This document shows positions 61,510 through 64,000 of a stretch of 64,000 bases of DNA, piece by piece. This DNA is from a bacterium (GTDB taxonomy: Bacteria > Krumholzibacteriota > Krumholzibacteriia > LZORAL124-64-63), in the NCBI GenBank assembly GCA_031441465.1, contig JANOEP010000066.1:94132-158131 (forward strand), given 5' to 3'. The notes under the pieces were generated by a model, which ran no database searches, was not told the DNA's origin, and saw only the letters and a list, made by a program, of their open reading frames with translations. Both the position numbers and the translations under genes were made by a program. Every line of letters begins with the position of its first letter. Within the stretch, counting starts at the first letter, position 1.

Positions 61510-61551
61510 CATCCATCATCGGGAGTGGAGACTGGACGGTCGGGGGGGAAG

Positions 61552-61935
61552 ATGAATCGGCGCTTCTTGATCACGATCTTATTGTATTGCATGGCGTTGT
61601 TGGCTGCGGGCGTCGTCGGGGCCGCGGAGGGACCGCCGGGGGCGCCGGGGCGACCGGGGCGGGTCAGGCTGGAGCAGCCGTTCCCGCGGACGGCCGATCC
61701 GGCGGCGTTCGTGCCGTTCGAGGTGGATGGGCGGACCCACGTGACGCTCGACGTGCTGGATGCGGCCGGGAATCCGGTCGTGCGGCTGGCCGAGGGGGTC
61801 TACGCCGGGGGGCGGCATGCGGTGCGTTGGCGGGGGTGCGACGGGGACGGGCGGCGGGTCGCGCCGGGCGTTTATACGGTGCGGATGAATGCGGGGGGGC
61901 GGATCCGCACCCGGGTCTTACCGGTGATCGGCTGA
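61552..61935 (+). CDS. small secreted protein consisting essentially of a FlgD-Ig / Por-tail-like domain
   Basis: ATG at 61552 after ggggggg-aag. Has a signal (LITILLYCMALLAAGVVGAA) followed by VPFEVDGRTHVTLDVLDAAGNPVVRL...WRGCDGDGRRVAPGVYTVRM. Confidence 0.6.
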   Translation: MNRRFLITILLYCMALLAAGVVGAAEGPPGAPGRPGRVRLEQPFPRTADPAAFVPFEVDGRTHVTLDVLDAAGNPVVRLAEGVYAGGRHAVRWRGCDGDGRRVAPGVYTVRMNAGGRIRTRVLPVIG

Positions 61936-61963
61936 TCGCATCGATCATCTCCTGCCTGCTCCG

Positions 61964-61996
61964 TTGACGTCTCACGATATTGAATCATAATCTTCA
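61964..61996 (+). promoter_or_regulatory. sigma-70-like promoter candidate (TTGACG, 16-17 nt spacer, cATAAT)
   Basis: The sequence ccgttgacgtctcacgatattgaatcataatc forms an AT-rich island upstream of the 62067 gene. Confidence 0.35.
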
Positions 61997-62066
61997 ATTG
62001 AGGGAGTGATCGAGGGGGACGAGGCCCGGCCTCGTCGGCACCATCAGCAGGCGAGGTCACCATACC

Positions 62067-62984
62067 ATGAACAACATGACACGATCGATCCATCGCATCG
62101 CACCGGCAGTCCTGATCGCGCTGCTGGTCCTGGGCTGCGGTCAGTCCGACACCAAGCAGGCCGACAAGGAACAGGCAGCCGCGAGCCGCACCGCCGTCGC
62201 GCCGGCGCCCAAGGCCGCCGGCACCGGCGAGTTCAACAACGCCGCCGCGCTGCTGCTGGACGGGACCATGCCCGCCGACCAGACCGCCTTCGACTCCGAG
62301 CAGTGCGTGCACTGGGTCGACCCCGCGGTCAGCTTCGTGATCGACCTGGGCGAGGTGCGCCGCGTCACCGGCGTCACCCTGCAGGTCGACAACAACGACG
62401 ACTACGTGCTGGAGACCAGCCGCGACGGCGTCGCCTACGCCGCCTTCGCGACGATCCCGGCCACGGCCGGCGCGAACGAGTGGGGTCTGGAAACCCTCAG
62501 CACGCTCCCCGAGCACCCGGGCGCCGTGCCGAACCTCGCGGTCGCACCGACCGAGGCCCGCTACCTGCGGCTGCGGGGCAGCGAGGGCGACAGCGCCTAC
62601 GGCGTGTCCGAGGTGCGGGTCGCCAGCGAAAGCCTCGCACCGAGCGGGACGGCCGCCGCCGCCGCGCCGTCCGCCGGGTCCGGATCCGCGCCGCCGGCGA
62701 CCGGTGCAGGCGCCGCGGCCACCGCCGCGGTCCCCGCCGCCGTCAAACCCTCCGAACTGGTGGGCTTCACCGAGCAGGAGGCGCGGGACGTCACCCTGGA
62801 GCAGGCCTTCGACGCCGTGGACGCCGACCACGACGGCAAGCTGACCAAGGCGGAATACGCGGCCATCTGGAAGGACAAATCCGGAGTCGACGACAACTTC
62901 GCCTACTTCGACCACGACCGCAGCGGCTGCATCGAGAAGCAGGAATACTTGAGCTTCCCGGACCGGCTGCGCGACGGCAAATAG
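62067..62984 (+). CDS. lipoprotein with a discoidin (F5/8 type C)-like domain and C-terminal EF-hand calcium-binding motifs
   Basis: Lipobox LLVLGCGQSD. ARYLRLRGSEGDSAYGVSEVRV is discoidin-like. DADHDGKLTKAEY and DHDRSGCIEKQEY are EF-hand loops. Confidence 0.6.
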   Translation: MNNMTRSIHRIAPAVLIALLVLGCGQSDTKQADKEQAAASRTAVAPAPKAAGTGEFNNAAALLLDGTMPADQTAFDSEQCVHWVDPAVSFVIDLGEVRRVTGVTLQVDNNDDYVLETSRDGVAYAAFATIPATAGANEWGLETLSTLPEHPGAVPNLAVAPTEARYLRLRGSEGDSAYGVSEVRVASESLAPSGTAAAAAPSAGSGSAPPATGAGAAATAAVPAAVKPSELVGFTEQEARDVTLEQAFDAVDADHDGKLTKAEYAAIWKDKSGVDDNFAYFDHDRSGCIEKQEYLSFPDRLRDGK

Positions 62985-63124
62985 CCGCGCCCGCCCGTCG
63001 CAGCGCTACCCGCCCGCGGCCGGCGACCGCCCGGCCGCAGGCGGTTCGCGTCCCGGTGGACAGTCCGCCCATCACTGCCTATCCTTGTGCCAGCAAAAAA
63101 CGGGAATGACACAAGGGAGGTGGC

Positions 63125-64000
63125 ATGACAGCCACGCAACGACGCGAATTCCTCGCGACCCTCCCGCTCGCCGAGCTGCACCGTCACTTCGACGGCGCCA
63201 TCCGGCCGGCGACGCTGTGGGAGATGTCCGAGAAGTACTACTCCGCGGTGCCGGGTCTCGACTTCGAGGCCTTCCGGCACTACCTGCAGTGGGACGACGC
63301 CCAGGACCGGTCCCTGATCGACTACCTGGACAAGTTCCACGTGCCGCTGCAGTACACCCAGTTCTACGACACCATCAAGCGCGTCGCCTTCGAGATCGCC
63401 GAGGACGCGTACGCCGACGGGGTGCGGCTGCTGGAGCTGCGGATCAACCCGCTGATCCACCGCCGCGCCGGCCTGTCCAACCGCCAGGTGCTGAACGCCA
63501 CGCGCAAGGGGCTGATGCGCTTCGCGGACGCGCACCCCGACTTCCGCTGCGGCATCGTGGTGATCGCCATGCGCAGCCACGGCGGCAACATGGCGAAGAT
63601 CCTGCTGCGCGAGATCGTCGGCGAGAAGGAGCAGTACCACTCCCGCGTCGGGGTGGTCGGCTTCGACATCGCCGGGCCGGAGTCGCCGTTCCCGCCCATC
63701 CTGTTCCGGGAGGCCTACGAGCTGGCCGCATGCATGGGCCTGCACCGGACCGTCCACGCCGGTGAGAGCGAGGGCCCCGAGCGCATCTGGGAAGCGTTGG
63801 ACAACCTGGGACCGCAGCGCATCGGCCACGGCACCTCGGCGGGGCAGGATCCCGAGCTGTTGCGCCGCCTGGCGCGTGACGGCATCTACCTGGAGGTCTG
63901 CCTAAGCTCCAACGTGCAGACCGGCGCCGTCGCCGACCTGCGCGACCACCCGCTGCCGCGCTTCCTGGACGCGGGCGTGAAGGTCGCGCTCTGCACCGAC
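63125..64000 (+). CDS. add: adenosine deaminase (3' end beyond window)
   Basis: ATG at 63125. Contains LPLAELHRHFDGAIRP (the HxH zinc motif) and VHAGESEGPE (the HAGE motif). It is open to the window end and is not in the ORF track because it lacks a stop. Confidence 0.85.
   Translation, partial: MTATQRREFLATLPLAELHRHFDGAIRPATLWEMSEKYYSAVPGLDFEAFRHYLQWDDAQDRSLIDYLDKFHVPLQYTQFYDTIKRVAFEIAEDAYADGVRLLELRINPLIHRRAGLSNRQVLNATRKGLMRFADAHPDFRCGIVVIAMRSHGGNMAKILLREIVGEKEQYHSRVGVVGFDIAGPESPFPPILFREAYELAACMGLHRTVHAGESEGPERIWEALDNLGPQRIGHGTSAGQDPELLRRLARDGIYLEVCLSSNVQTGAVADLRDHPLPRFLDAGVKVALCTD

Overview
This is a high-GC (about 70%) bacterial chromosomal segment with dense, mostly translationally coupled genes. 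The FlgD-type tail domains, LVIVD repeats and eukaryote/archaeal-type ProRS are compatible with an FCB-group or Gemmatimonadota-like lineage, but this is only inference. The annotated genes are:
- Core metabolism:
  - a complete trpE-G-D-C-F-B-A operon whose last gene is fused in operon with a Thermotoga-type DAHP synthase, and which has a candidate leader-peptide/attenuator upstream;
  - lipA; an HK/NtrC-like pair sitting on a near-consensus sigma-54 promoter; proS; pdxS-pdxT;
  - a two-permease RND efflux operon; rrf2-pta-ackA; nadE; and a partial adenosine deaminase.
- Accessory block (about 20.97-36.7 kb), which begins at a sharply low-GC edge and holds:
  - three tandem LVIVD-repeat beta-propeller paralogs whose C-terminal about 250 bp sorting-domain cassettes are nearly identical at the nucleotide level, suggesting gene conversion;
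  - an RCC1-repeat beta-propeller protein and two small secreted proteins carrying the same FlgD-Ig / Por-tail-like C-terminal domain;
  - an S8 subtilase;
  - a secreted protein with a PI3/PI4-kinase-like catalytic-loop motif.
- Other notable elements: conserved extended -10 promoter motifs upstream of the paralogs, a 130-nt nested triple-hairpin element at 61.34 kb, and a Cof-HAD / PLP-decarboxylase / DsbD-N-like / receiver operon.

No rRNA, tRNA, CRISPR array or transposase was recognised. Many long overlapping ORFs in the six-frame track are high-GC shadow ORFs and were not called.
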